A stretch of DNA of 62,560 bases, the filler included, from Basidiobolus meristosporus CBS 931.73 (Eukaryota > Fungi > Basidiobolomycota), in assembly GCA_002104905.1 (NCBI GenBank). It is 4 parts of 4 records of this genome, joined end to end, with 100 filler letters (N's around TTAATTAATTAA, not from the genome) between each part and the next. Parts side by side here need not be neighbours in the genome. Positions count along the whole stretch, not along the records: positions 38,992 to 57,873 come from MCFE01001045.1; 3 more parts are not named here. One strand, 5' to 3'. Below, piece by piece: positions 39,640 to 49,977 of the stretch. How positions within the stretch are numbered: the stretch's first letter is position 1; each line of letters starts with the position of its first letter. The translations under genes and the position numbers were made by a program. A model generated the notes under the pieces. That model was not told where the DNA came from. It did no database searches and saw only the letters and a list, made by a program, of their open reading frames with translations.

Positions 39640-40357
39640 CTTCAACTTAAGGAATGTCAAACAGCTAATGTGCACAGACAGCACCAATGGTGATCTGATA
39701 TCCAAACCCGAACTCTGCAATTTTGTTGCTCCTGATAAACACCATGTACGATCAGCCAAGCATACCCATCCACCTTCCGCATGGCATTTTGATTTCCTGA
39801 TGACTTGTTATAAAATAAACAATTCAACTCCACATCATAAATTTCCATATTGTTATGCAAGCAGCGGAATAAAGATTACTTGATTTCGTGCCCATGCCGC
39901 TTTATTGCATGTTGTCGCAGTGCTTCAAACAATCATCTTTTCCAGCAGATTCGAACTGTACGGATATCGTCAGTCATTCTGTTATGGAGAGTGATTTTGT
40001 TGCGAACTTGATATCCACATATGGCCACCGACCTAGACTTCTAATATTCCCAAGAGTACTTCCCTCAGTCCGAAATTCTGATGTCTGTGCTACCAACAGT
40101 TCTGGGATTCAGAATATGAAATGATGACAACTCACATCCTCGCTGTCATACACGAAGCAATTTCGGGATATCACTCCGCACCTCACTTCTCATCCGGTGT
40201 TTTTGTGTAAACAACAATTCTGGGAACCATCACTCAAGGGTTCCAAGAAGCCAGATTTAATGTACATAAATAGCCTCATCAACGGCACTGCGGTTCCTCA
40301 AGCTGTAGCCTTTAGCTGGATATCAATTCCAACATCAATAGAAACCCGACAGTGATA

Positions 40358-40525
40358 ATGAGACTCGTTTCTGTGCTTGCTGTTTACATTGCTGCAACAA
40401 TGACAGCGAATGGCTACCCCGTAAATCATGTGACTGATGATGTTGCCATGGAGAAGCGAGATCTGCATGAATTTTGTGGAGGTTGGTTCTGTGGACATGT
40501 GAAACGGGATGATGACCTCGGGTAA
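40358..40525 (+). CDS. Peptide precursor, lineage B (MRL..NGYP), core DLHEFCGGWFCGHV, tail DDDLG, 55 aa; not in ORF track
   Basis: Hand translation MRLVSVLAVYIAATMTANGYPVNHVTDDVAMEKRDLHEFCGGWFCGHVKRDDDLG*. Confidence 0.9.
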   Translation: MRLVSVLAVYIAATMTANGYPVNHVTDDVAMEKRDLHEFCGGWFCGHVKRDDDLG

Positions 40526-41109
40526 AATGCAGACAAAATCTCGGTCTTGCATATGCCCAATATCTAAAGTGATCAGACCGCGCCTATGGTTACAATCTCA
40601 AGACCCAGAACTCGAAGGAAATCTACCGCCGGAATACACCAATTTTGCAGTATTTTATAATCACCATGGCCGATTAGCTAAACGTATCCTCCCACCTCCG
40701 CATGCAGTTTTATTTGGTGACGAGCTCCTATAAATAAAAAATACAACTCCATAATTCACTATCCGTATTGCTTTAACCTTTAGCAAAGCAACTACTCATA
40801 CTCCAGCTCGTCGCATTTTCACCAAGTTTGCTTGACCCAAAGATGGTAAAGATCCTCCCTACAGGATTTGGACTATACAAATATCATCAGTCATTCCATA
40901 TCCGATATTACTTCTGTTGTGGGGATCCTGTTTACTAACACTCTAATATTCCCAAGAGTGCTTCCCTTGCTTATGAAATACTGAGGTCTGCACAGACAGA
41001 CATTCTAGGAATAAGGATGTAACATGATGATGATTCACACGGTCAATTTAGTTTCAGTATAGTATTTTTGTGCTTGATTTTCATCCAGTACATGTTGTGC
41101 AACCAAAAA

Positions 41110-41169
41110 TTCTGGGAACAAGGAATCACTACCACAGGATTCCAAGAAGCCTAAATCAGCGTACATATA
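41110..41169 (+). promoter_or_regulatory. Lineage B promoter: TTCTGGGAA, TTCCAAGAA, 13 nt, TACATATA
   Basis: 41110-41118, 41140-41148, 41162-41169; same layout upstream of most other B copies. Confidence 0.55.
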
Positions 41170-41256
41170 TAGCTTACTAATAGCGATGCCATTCCAGAGT
41201 CTACAACCTCTCTTCGAATATCATATTCTTCCCGTGCCAATTACTGAGCCAAAACC

Positions 41257-41487
41257 ATGAGACTCGTTACTATACTTACTATTTGTATTGTATCTGCAAT
41301 AACAGCTAACGGCTACCCCATGACTTCGCTGACTGATGAAGTGGCCATGGACAAGAGAGATCTGCACGACTTTTGCGGAGGTTGGTTCTGCGGTCATGTA
41401 AAGCGTGAGCGCAGCATCCTTGATAACCAGGCTACTACCACTCCTCTGGGCTCACATCAGCCCGATATCCTCACGATATCTCAATAA
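41257..41487 (+). CDS. Peptide precursor, lineage B, core DLHDFCGGWFCGHV, 76 aa
   Basis: Signal-YP-pro-KR-core-KR-tail. Confidence 0.92.
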   Translation: MRLVTILTICIVSAITANGYPMTSLTDEVAMDKRDLHDFCGGWFCGHVKRERSILDNQATTTPLGSHQPDILTISQ

Positions 41488-41784
41488 GAGATCACTAAGA
41501 CAATATGACAATTCTACCGAATACTTCCCTGCCTGTTCTTCACGCCCATTTGATTTTGAATCCGTATTTGGGCAAGATCCACCACCAATGTGATTACATA
41601 ATACCCTTAGAGTCCCCAATTTTGTATACATCTTGTAATCAATAAATGGCGCGTTGGTGCACAACTACATTCTCCTTTGATGATTGCCGCAAACTGTATT
41701 GACACACTGATAAACTAATAAGAGTATACTGCTCAGTATGCAATCAACCTTTCTCAATATTGGGACTTTAGTGGCAACCAGGAC

Positions 41785-41893
41785 AGGTTGGTTCTGCGGT
41801 CATGTAAAGCGTGAGCGCAGCATCCTTGATAGCCAGGCTACTACCACTCCTCTGGGCTCACATCAGCCCGATATCCTCACGATATCTCAATAA
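41785..41893 (+). pseudogene. 5'-truncated lineage B copy (GWFCGHVKRERSILDSQ...); may be an assembly join
   Basis: Spacer ...gcaaccaggaca jumps directly into mid-core ggttggttctgc. Confidence 0.6.
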
Positions 41894-42558
41894 GAGACCA
41901 CTAAGACAATATGACACTTCTACCGAATACTTCCCTGCCTGTTCTTCACGCCCATTTGATTTTGAATCCCTATTTGGGCGAGATCTACCACCCATGTGAT
42001 TACATAATACCTTTTGAATCCCCAATTTTGTATGCGTCTCGTAATCAATAAATGGCGCGTTGGTGCACAACTACATTCTCCGTTGATGATTGCCACAAGT
42101 TGTAACGGCATAATGATAGCTTAATAAGAGTATACTGTTCAGCGTGCAATGAACCTTTCTCAATATTGGGACTTTAGTGGCAACCAGGACATTCATCAGC
42201 TTCACGAAGAAGTGACCCATTGAATATGCAGTCAATAAGCTGGCATTTCTAGATTTGATAAATGTGTTTGGAGCAGGAAGTTAGATGAGCCGATGAGAGA
42301 TTCTCTTGCGGAGTGGAAAACAGAGCTTATGCTGTTCGACGATCCAGAAGCCATTTCCGGTATTGTAAAACCAGTCTGACCATATAGAGGGGATAGCGTC
42401 GGCGCTGCTTCCTAGAATAACCTGGCTACAAGAACCGGTTTAGATTTCCGGTAGAGGGCTCCGAGAAGTACAGCACGAAGTATATAAATGTCTCTTGCGC
42501 TGGTTAGCATTCAGTAGAGGGCAGCTTTGATATCTTGAGATATTTCTACAGAACAATC

Positions 42559-42768
42559 ATGAAATTCGCCAGCGTACTTGTAATTCTTGCCGCTGCTTCA
42601 GCAACAATTGACTGCTACCCATTGATCCTGGAGACTAGCGATTCAGCAATGGACAAGAGAGATCTGCATGACTTCTGTGGAGGCTGGTTCTGTGGTCATG
42701 TCAAGCGGGAGGAAGTTCTGGAGACAAGTGAAGTCGAAATACCCACCTCACCTATGCCAAATCTCTAA
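42559..42768 (+). CDS. Peptide precursor, lineage A, core DLHDFCGGWFCGHV, 69 aa
   Basis: ATG 42559; core at 42661-42702. Confidence 0.92.
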   Translation: MKFASVLVILAAASATIDCYPLILETSDSAMDKRDLHDFCGGWFCGHVKREEVLETSEVEIPTSPMPNL

Positions 42769-43168
42769 TGTGCACGGGCAGTATTAATAATGATACGATA
42801 TTTCAACCCGAACTCACCAATTTTGTTGCTTCTGATAAACACTATGAATGATAAGCTAAGCGTAGCTTTCCATCCCCCGCATGGAATTTTGATTTTCTGA
42901 TGGCTTTCTATGAAATAAACAATATAATCCCACGTTCCCAAGTTTCATATTGCTATTCAACCAGCAGAGTAAAGACCGCTCATATGTAATCCTATGCAAT
43001 TTAGTTTCATGTTGACGAGGTGTCGCTAGTGAAGCTCCAACCAATCAGAATTGAACTCAAAGTATATCTTCCTGATATGAATAGTAATTTTGCTGTGAAC
43101 TTGATATCGACATATGGTCACCGACCAAGATTCCAAATATTCCCAAGAGTACTTCCCTCACTTGTGAA

Positions 43169-43225
43169 GCTACCAACCCTCCTCTGAGCTCACATCAGCC
43201 CGACACCCCCACAATAGCTCAACAA
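43169..43225 (+). pseudogene. Tail-only relic of a lineage B gene
   Basis: gctaccaaccctcctctgagctcacatcagcccgac... matches the B-gene 3' end; TAA changed to CAA; promoter, signal and core missing. Confidence 0.75.
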
Positions 43226-43744
43226 GGTACCACTAAGTCAGGGTTTCAACGCTGCCAAGTACGCCCCCGTCCATTCTTCACGACCATTTGATTTTGAATC
43301 CGTAATTTGGGCGAGATCCACCACCAATGTGATTACATAATAACCTTTGAATCCCCAATTTTGTATGTGTCTCGTAATCAATAAATGGCGCGTTGGTGCA
43401 CAACTACATTCTCCATTGATGATTGCCACAAGTTGTAACGGCATACTGATAGCTTAATAAGAGCATACTGTTCAGCATGCAATCAATCTTTCTCAATATT
43501 GGGACTTTAGTGGCAACCAGGACATTCATCAGCTTCACGAAGAAGTGACCCACTGAATATGCAGTCAATAAGCTGGCATTTCTAGATTTGATAAATGTGT
43601 TTGGAGCAGTAAGTTAGATGAGCCCGATGAGAGATTCTCATGCGGAGTGGAAAACAGAGCATATATGCTGTTCGACGATCGAGAAGCCATTTCCGGTATT
43701 GTAAAACCAGTCTGACCATATTGAGGGAATAGTGTCAGCGCTGC

Positions 43745-43823
43745 TTCCTAGAATAACCTGGCTACAAAACCGGTTTGGATTTCCGGTAGAGGATTCCGAG
43801 AAGTACAGCACGAAGTATATAAA
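43745..43823 (+). promoter_or_regulatory. Lineage A promoter: TTCCTAGAA, TTCCGAGAA, 13 nt, TATATAAA
   Basis: 43745-43753, 43794-43802, 43816-43823. Confidence 0.55.
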
Positions 43824-43892
43824 TGTCCCTTGCGCTGATCAGCATTCAGTAGAGGACAGCTTTGATATTTGAGAGATTACTACCAAACAATC

Positions 43893-44102
43893 ATGAAATT
43901 CGCCAGCGTACTTGCTATTCTTGCCGCTGTTTCAGTGACAATTGACTGCTACCCATTGATCCTGGAGACTAGCGATTCAGCAGTGGACAAGAGAGATCTG
44001 CATGACTTCTGCGGAGGCTGGTTCTGTGGTCATGTTAAACGGGAGGAAGCTCTCGAAGCCAATGGAGCCATAACTTCAGCCTCAGGAATGCCAAATGCCT
44101 GA
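43893..44102 (+). CDS. Peptide precursor, lineage A, core DLHDFCGGWFCGHV, 69 aa
   Basis: Signal-YP-pro-KR-core-KR-tail. Confidence 0.92.
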   Translation: MKFASVLAILAAVSVTIDCYPLILETSDSAVDKRDLHDFCGGWFCGHVKREEALEANGAITSASGMPNA

Positions 44103-44790
44103 TTAGCATAGACTACACTAATGACGAGCTGATATCCAAGCCCAAATTCAGGTTCAAGTAATCCTACCACCCAAACTCGCCAATTTTGTTGCTACTGATG
44201 CACGATCAGCTAAGCGTAACCATTCAGCCTCTGCATGGATTTTTGATTTCCTGATAATATACTACAAAATAAACAATATATCCCCACATTCCAAATATCC
44301 GTTTTGTTGCTTAACCAGTAGGGTAAAAACCCCTCGTTTGCGAGTCCTTGCCATTTTGTTCCATTCCGACATGATGTCCTAAATGAACATCTATTCGGGC
44401 ATGTTCAAACTCCACCAACATCCTCCTGTAAATTCTGTTGCAAGCTTGATATCTACATATCGGCACTGATCAAGGCCTCCAATATCCACAGGAGTTCTCC
44501 GCTCACTTGGCAAATTCTGAGGTCTGTGCTGCCGAGAATTTCAGGAATCGGAATATGATGTGAAGATAATTCACAATCTCAATCCAATAAACAAGACTGT
44601 TTCAGGACATCATTTCAGTTTACTTTCCATCCGTTGTATCTTGTGCGACCAACAATTCTGGGAATCAGTAATTGCCACTCTGGGATTCCTAGAACTCCCA
44701 AGAAATGTACATAAATCGCTCCCCAACGAACCATCATTTCTCAGGCTACAGCCTTGCTATCGAATACCAAACTCTTCCCCAACCGGAATA

Positions 44791-45021
44791 ATGAGACTCC
44801 TTTCTGTACTCGCTGTTTGCATCATTTCTGCAATGACAGCTAACGGCTATCCTGTGGGTCAGCTAGCCAATGATGTAACCAAGGAGAAGAGAGATCTGCA
44901 TGACTTTTGTGGAGGTTGGTTCTGTGGCCATGTGAAGCGTGATCTCTCTGTCCATGACAGCCAGACTACTACATCTTCTCTGAGCTCACAGCAGCCTAAA
45001 ACCTTCATGACCGCTCTATAA
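44791..45021 (+). CDS. Peptide precursor, lineage B, core DLHDFCGGWFCGHV, 76 aa
   Basis: ATG 44791 (MRLLSVLAVC); the longer track ORF is upstream read-through from a non-ATG start. Confidence 0.9.
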   Translation: MRLLSVLAVCIISAMTANGYPVGQLANDVTKEKRDLHDFCGGWFCGHVKRDLSVHDSQTTTSSLSSQQPKTFMTAL

Positions 45022-45687
45022 GGTACCACCAAGTCAAGATGTTAATTGTCCCGAATTCGTCTCCGCCCGTTCTTCAAGCCCATTTGATTTTGAATCCGTA
45101 ATTTGGGCAAGATCTACCACTAATGTGATTACATAATACCCTTTGAATCCCCAATTTTGTACGCGTCTCGTAATCAATAAATGGCGCGTTGGTGCACAAC
45201 TGCATTCTCCATTGATGATTGCCACAAGTTGTAATGGCATACTGATAGCTTAATTAGAGCATACTTCTCAGCATGTAATAAACCTTTCTCATTATTATGA
45301 TATTAGTGGTAACCAGATCATTCATTAGCCTCATGTAGAAGTGACCCATTGAATATGCAGTTAATAAGCTGGCATATCTAGATTTGATAAATGTGTTTGG
45401 AGCAGGAAATTAGATGAGCCCGATGAGAGGTTCTAATGCGGAGTGAAAAATAGAGCATATGCTGTTCAACGATCCAGAAGCCAATTCCGGTTTTCTAAAA
45501 CCAGTCTGACCATATTGAGGGGATAGTGTCAGCGTTGCTTCCTAGAATAACCTGGCTACAAAAACCGGTTTGGATTTCCAGTAGTGGGTTCCGAGAAGTG
45601 CAGCACGGAGAATATAAATGTCCCTTGCGCTGATCAGCATTCAGTAGAGGACAGCTTTGATATTTGAGAGATCACTACCAAACAATC

Positions 45688-45897
45688 ATGAAATTCGCCA
45701 GCGTACTTGCTATTCTTGCCGCTGTTTCAGTGACAATTGACTGCTACCCATTGATCCTGGACACTAGCAATTCAGCAGTGGACAAGAGAGATCTGCATGA
45801 CTTCTGCGGAGGCTGGTTCTGTGGTCATGTCAAGCGAGAGCAAGTTCTGGAGACAAGTGAAGCCAATATCTCCGCTCCATCGATGTTAGTTGCCTGA
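45688..45897 (+). CDS. Peptide precursor, lineage A, core DLHDFCGGWFCGHV, 69 aa
   Basis: Signal-YP-pro-KR-core-KR-tail. Confidence 0.92.
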   Translation: MKFASVLAILAAVSVTIDCYPLILDTSNSAVDKRDLHDFCGGWFCGHVKREQVLETSEANISAPSMLVA

Positions 45898-46597
45898 TGT
45901 GCACAGGCAGCACTGATGACAAGCCGATATCCAAATCCGAACTATCCAATTTTGTTGCTCCTGATAAATACCACACACGACAAATTAAGCGTATCCATCC
46001 AACATCCTCCACATGGATTTTTGATTATCTGATAATTTCTCAAGAAATAAACATTGTCACCCTGCATTTCATATTTTCTCACGGCTACTAGACTAGCAGA
46101 GTGGAGGCCACTTGTATTCAGACCCATTCCCATATATTCCATATTGGAATGAGCTGATTTCAACTCTACGAGGCACCTTTATTCCGCAATACAATGGCAA
46201 TTTCGCGGTGAAAAGAATATTCACATATGGTCGCCGTCCAAGATCCGTTCAATGCACACCTCACAAAACCTCTTCAAAGTTACAGGTATGTCATAGGTAC
46301 CATCATTGAATATTATGCATATGTCTGGGGTATTAAGCCGAATGAACTCTTGAGAAGCCAATATACGAAAAATAATAAATATATCATACGACGATCAAGA
46401 ATTCATTTCCAGTTTCCAAAATCAATCTAACCTTAATGGGGGATTGGTGGCCGCTTTGCTTCCTAGAATATCCCCGCTACAACAACTGGTATGAGTTTCA
46501 GGAGTGAAATGGATGGGAAGTATAAGAGGAACTCGTGCCGATTTGAGCTTAGTAGAAGACAGCCTTTGATATCTTGGTAGTTCATTAAAAAAGAATC

Positions 46598-46798
46598 ATG
46601 AAATCCACCAACACACTTATTGTTATTGTCGCAGCTTCAGTAGCCATTGACTGCTACCCATCGATTGTGAAGACTATCAACTCAACTTTGAACAAGAGAG
46701 ATCTACATGACCTCTATGACCATGTCAAGCGGGAGAGACTTCTGGAGACAAGTGAAGAAATTACATCCACCTCACAAGGCTATATTTTGTACTATTAG
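46598..46798 (+). CDS. Diverged lineage A precursor with Cys-free 9-aa core DLHDLYDHV, 66 aa
   Basis: Open frame, 19+15 aa leader geometry and both KR sites kept; core shortened by 15 nt. Confidence 0.75.
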   Translation: MKSTNTLIVIVAASVAIDCYPSIVKTINSTLNKRDLHDLYDHVKRERLLETSEEITSTSQGYILYY

Positions 46799-47513
46799 CC
46801 TACTCGACTGTCGCACTAACACATTACTGACTACCCTCATGCCTGCTTTCAACTGTTGAATTAACATATTCTTGACCGCTCGTCACGCCTGATTAATTTT
46901 TGAATCCGCAATTTCAGCGAGAATATCACCAATATTTGAATATTCAATTTTGTTGACATATTGTAGTCAATAAACAGGGTACTAGGGCGTAGTGATACCC
47001 TCTGTTGATGGAACAACTTGTTAGTATGTGTGCATGGTTGAATGTCAGCATTTGATTCAGTATGCCACAAATCCTTACATAAATTGCTTTGTCTCCAACA
47101 TGTCCAATGCGCATGAATCATACCAGGGGCCATACCATAGTGCGCACGTTTCACCAGCGTATATAACTCTTCAGATTTACTATTATATAGTATATATCAT
47201 TACTGAAGTTAATAAATATGTTTGGAGCAATTAACTATGGGAAATCTCTGAGGTTATTTTGCCCACTGGATCATAATGAGTATGCTGTTTGCCGATCAGG
47301 AAGCTATTTCCGGTTTTTCGATACCGGTGTGACTATACCGAGTGCTTGGCGTCCGCTTTGTTTCCTAGAATATCGCTGCTGCAATAACTAGTTTAGATAT
47401 CCCCTGGGAAAGTACCAATATGTGTTGTAAGAAGAGTATAAATAGAACTCTTGCGGATCCATATTCAGTAGTACACGGCGTTTGATATCTTGAGAGATCA
47501 TTATACTCTACCA

Positions 47514-47681
47514 ATGAAGTTCACCAGCATGCTTGTCGCGATTTCTGCCTCTTCAGTAGCTGTTGACTGCTACCCATTGACCCTGGAGACTAGCGAGTCC
47601 ACAGTGAACAAGAGAGATCTGCATGACTTTTGTGGAGGCTGATTCTGTGGACATGTTAAACGGGATGATGACCTCAGGTAA
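47514..47681 (+). pseudogene. Chimeric copy (A-type leader, DDDL-type tail) with Trp codon changed to TGA
   Basis: MKFTSMLVAISASSVAVDCYPLTLETSESTVNKRDLHDFCGG*FCGHVKRDDDLR*; TGA at 47640-47642. Confidence 0.85.
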
Positions 47682-48413
47682 AATGCAGACAAAATCTCGG
47701 TCTTGCATATGCCCAATATCTAAAGTGATCAGACCGCGCCTATGAGTACAATCTCAAGACCCAGAACTCGAAGGAAATCTACCGCCGGAATACACCAATT
47801 TTACTGTATTTTATAATCACCATGGCCGATTAGCTAAACGTATCCTCCCACCTCCGCATGCAGTTTTATTTGGTGACGAGCTCCTATAAAATAAACAATA
47901 CAACTCCATAATCCACTATCCGTATTGCTTTAACCTTTAGCAAAGCAACTACTCATACTCAAGCTCGTCGCATTTTCACCAAGTTTGCTTGACCCAAAGA
48001 TGGTAAAGATCCTCCCTACAGGATTTGGACTATACAAATATCATCAGTCATTCCATATCCGATATTACTTCTGTTGTGGAGATCCTGTTTACTAACACTC
48101 TGATATTCCCAAGAGTGCTTCCCTTGCTTATGAAATACTGAGGTCTGCACAGACAGACATTCTAGGAATAAGGATGTAACATGATGATGATTCACACGGT
48201 CAATTTAGTTTCAGTATAGTATTTTTGTGCTTGATTTTCATCCAGTACATGTTGTGCAACCAAAAATTCTGGGAACAAGGAATCACTACCACAGGATTCC
48301 AAGAAGCCTAAATCAGCGTACATATATAGCTTACTAATAGCGATGCCATTCCACAGTCTACAACCTCTCTTCGAATATCATATTCTTCCCCTGCCAATTA
48401 TTGAGCCAAAACC

Positions 48414-48644
48414 ATGAGACTCGTTACTATACTTACTATTTGTATTGTATCTGCAATAACAGCTAACGGCTACCCCATGACTTCGCTGACTGATGAAGTG
48501 GCCATCGACAAGAGAGATCTGCACGACTTTTGCGGAGGTTGGTTCTGCGGTCATGTAAAGCGTGAGCGCAGCATCCTTGATAGCCAGGCTACTACCACTC
48601 CTCTGGGCTTACATCAGCCCGATATCCTCACGATAGCTCAATAA
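48414..48644 (+). CDS. Peptide precursor, lineage B, core DLHDFCGGWFCGHV, 76 aa
   Basis: Signal-YP-pro-KR-core-KR-tail. Confidence 0.92.
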   Translation: MRLVTILTICIVSAITANGYPMTSLTDEVAIDKRDLHDFCGGWFCGHVKRERSILDSQATTTPLGLHQPDILTIAQ

Positions 48645-49310
48645 GAGGCCACTAAGACAATATGACACTTCTACCGAATACTTCCCTGCCTGTTCTTCAC
48701 GCCCATTTGATTTTGAATCCCTATTTGGGCAAAATCTACCACCCACGTGATTACATAATACCCTTAGAGTCCCCAATTTTGTATACATCTTGTAATCAAT
48801 AAATGGCGCGTTGGTGCACAACTACATTCTCCTTTGATGATTGCCACAAGTTGTAACGGCATACTGATAGCTTAATAAGAGTATACTGTTCAGCATGCAA
48901 TCAATCTTTCTCAATATTGGGACTTTAGTGGCAACCAGGACATTCATCAGCTTCACGAAGAATTGACCCATTGAATATGCAGTCAATAAGCTGGCATATC
49001 TAGATTTGATAAATGTGTTTGGAGCAGGAAGTTAGACGAGCCCGATGAGAGATTCTCTTGCGGAGTGGAAAACAGAGCTTATGCTGTTCGACGATCCAGA
49101 AGCCATTTCCGGTATTGTAAAACCAGTCTGACCATATAGAGGGGATAGCGTCGGCGCTGCTTCCTAGAATAACCTGGCTACAAGAACCGGCTTAGATTTC
49201 CGGTAGAGGGCTCCGAGAAGTACAGCACGAAGTATATAAATGTCTCTTGCGCTGGTTAGCATTCAGTAGAGGGCAGCTTTGATATCTTGAGATATTTCTA
49301 CAGAACAATC

Positions 49311-49520
49311 ATGAAATTCGCCAGCGTACTTGTAATTCTTGCCGCTGCTTCAGCAACAATTGACTGCTACCCATTGATCCTGGAGACTAGCGATTCAGCA
49401 ATGGACAAGAGAGATCTGCATGACTTCTGTGGAGGCTGGTTCTGTGGTCATGTCAAGCGGGAGGAAGTTCTGGAGACAAGTGAAGTCGAAATACCCACCT
49501 CACCTATGCCAAATCTCTAA
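49311..49520 (+). CDS. Peptide precursor, lineage A, core DLHDFCGGWFCGHV, 69 aa
   Basis: Same protein as 42559 and 56908. Confidence 0.92.
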   Translation: MKFASVLVILAAASATIDCYPLILETSDSAMDKRDLHDFCGGWFCGHVKREEVLETSEVEIPTSPMPNL

Positions 49521-49920
49521 TGTGCACGGGCAGTATTAATAATGATACGATATTTCAACCCGAACTCACCAATTTTGTTGCTTCTGATAAACACTATGAA
49601 TGATAAGCTAAGCGTAGCTTTCCATCCCCCGCATGGAATTTTGATTTTCTGATGGCTTTCTATGATATAAACAATATAATCCCACGTTCTAAATATTCAT
49701 ATTGCTATTCAACCAGCAGAGTAAAGACCGCTCATATGTAATCCTATGCAATTTAGTTTCATGTTGACGAGGTGTCGCTAGTGAAGCTCCAACCAATCAG
49801 AATTGAACTCAAAGTATATCTTCCTGATATGAATAGTAATTTTGCTGTGAACTTGATATCGACATATGGTCACCGACCAAGATTCCAAATATTCCCAAGA
49901 GTACTTCCCTCACTTGTGAA

Positions 49921-49977
49921 GCTACCAACCCTCCTCTGAGCTCACATCAGCCCGACACCCCCACAATAGCTCAACAA
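49921..49977 (+). pseudogene. Tail-only relic of a lineage B gene
   Basis: Matches 43169-43225. Confidence 0.75.

Noticed and set aside
42661-42702. Amatoxin/MSDIN-type or dikaritin RiPP assignment because of Trp and Cys
   Set aside because: No MSDIN leader or Pro-flanked core, a signal peptide is present, and no tailoring genes are in the window; enzymes elsewhere in the genome cannot be excluded
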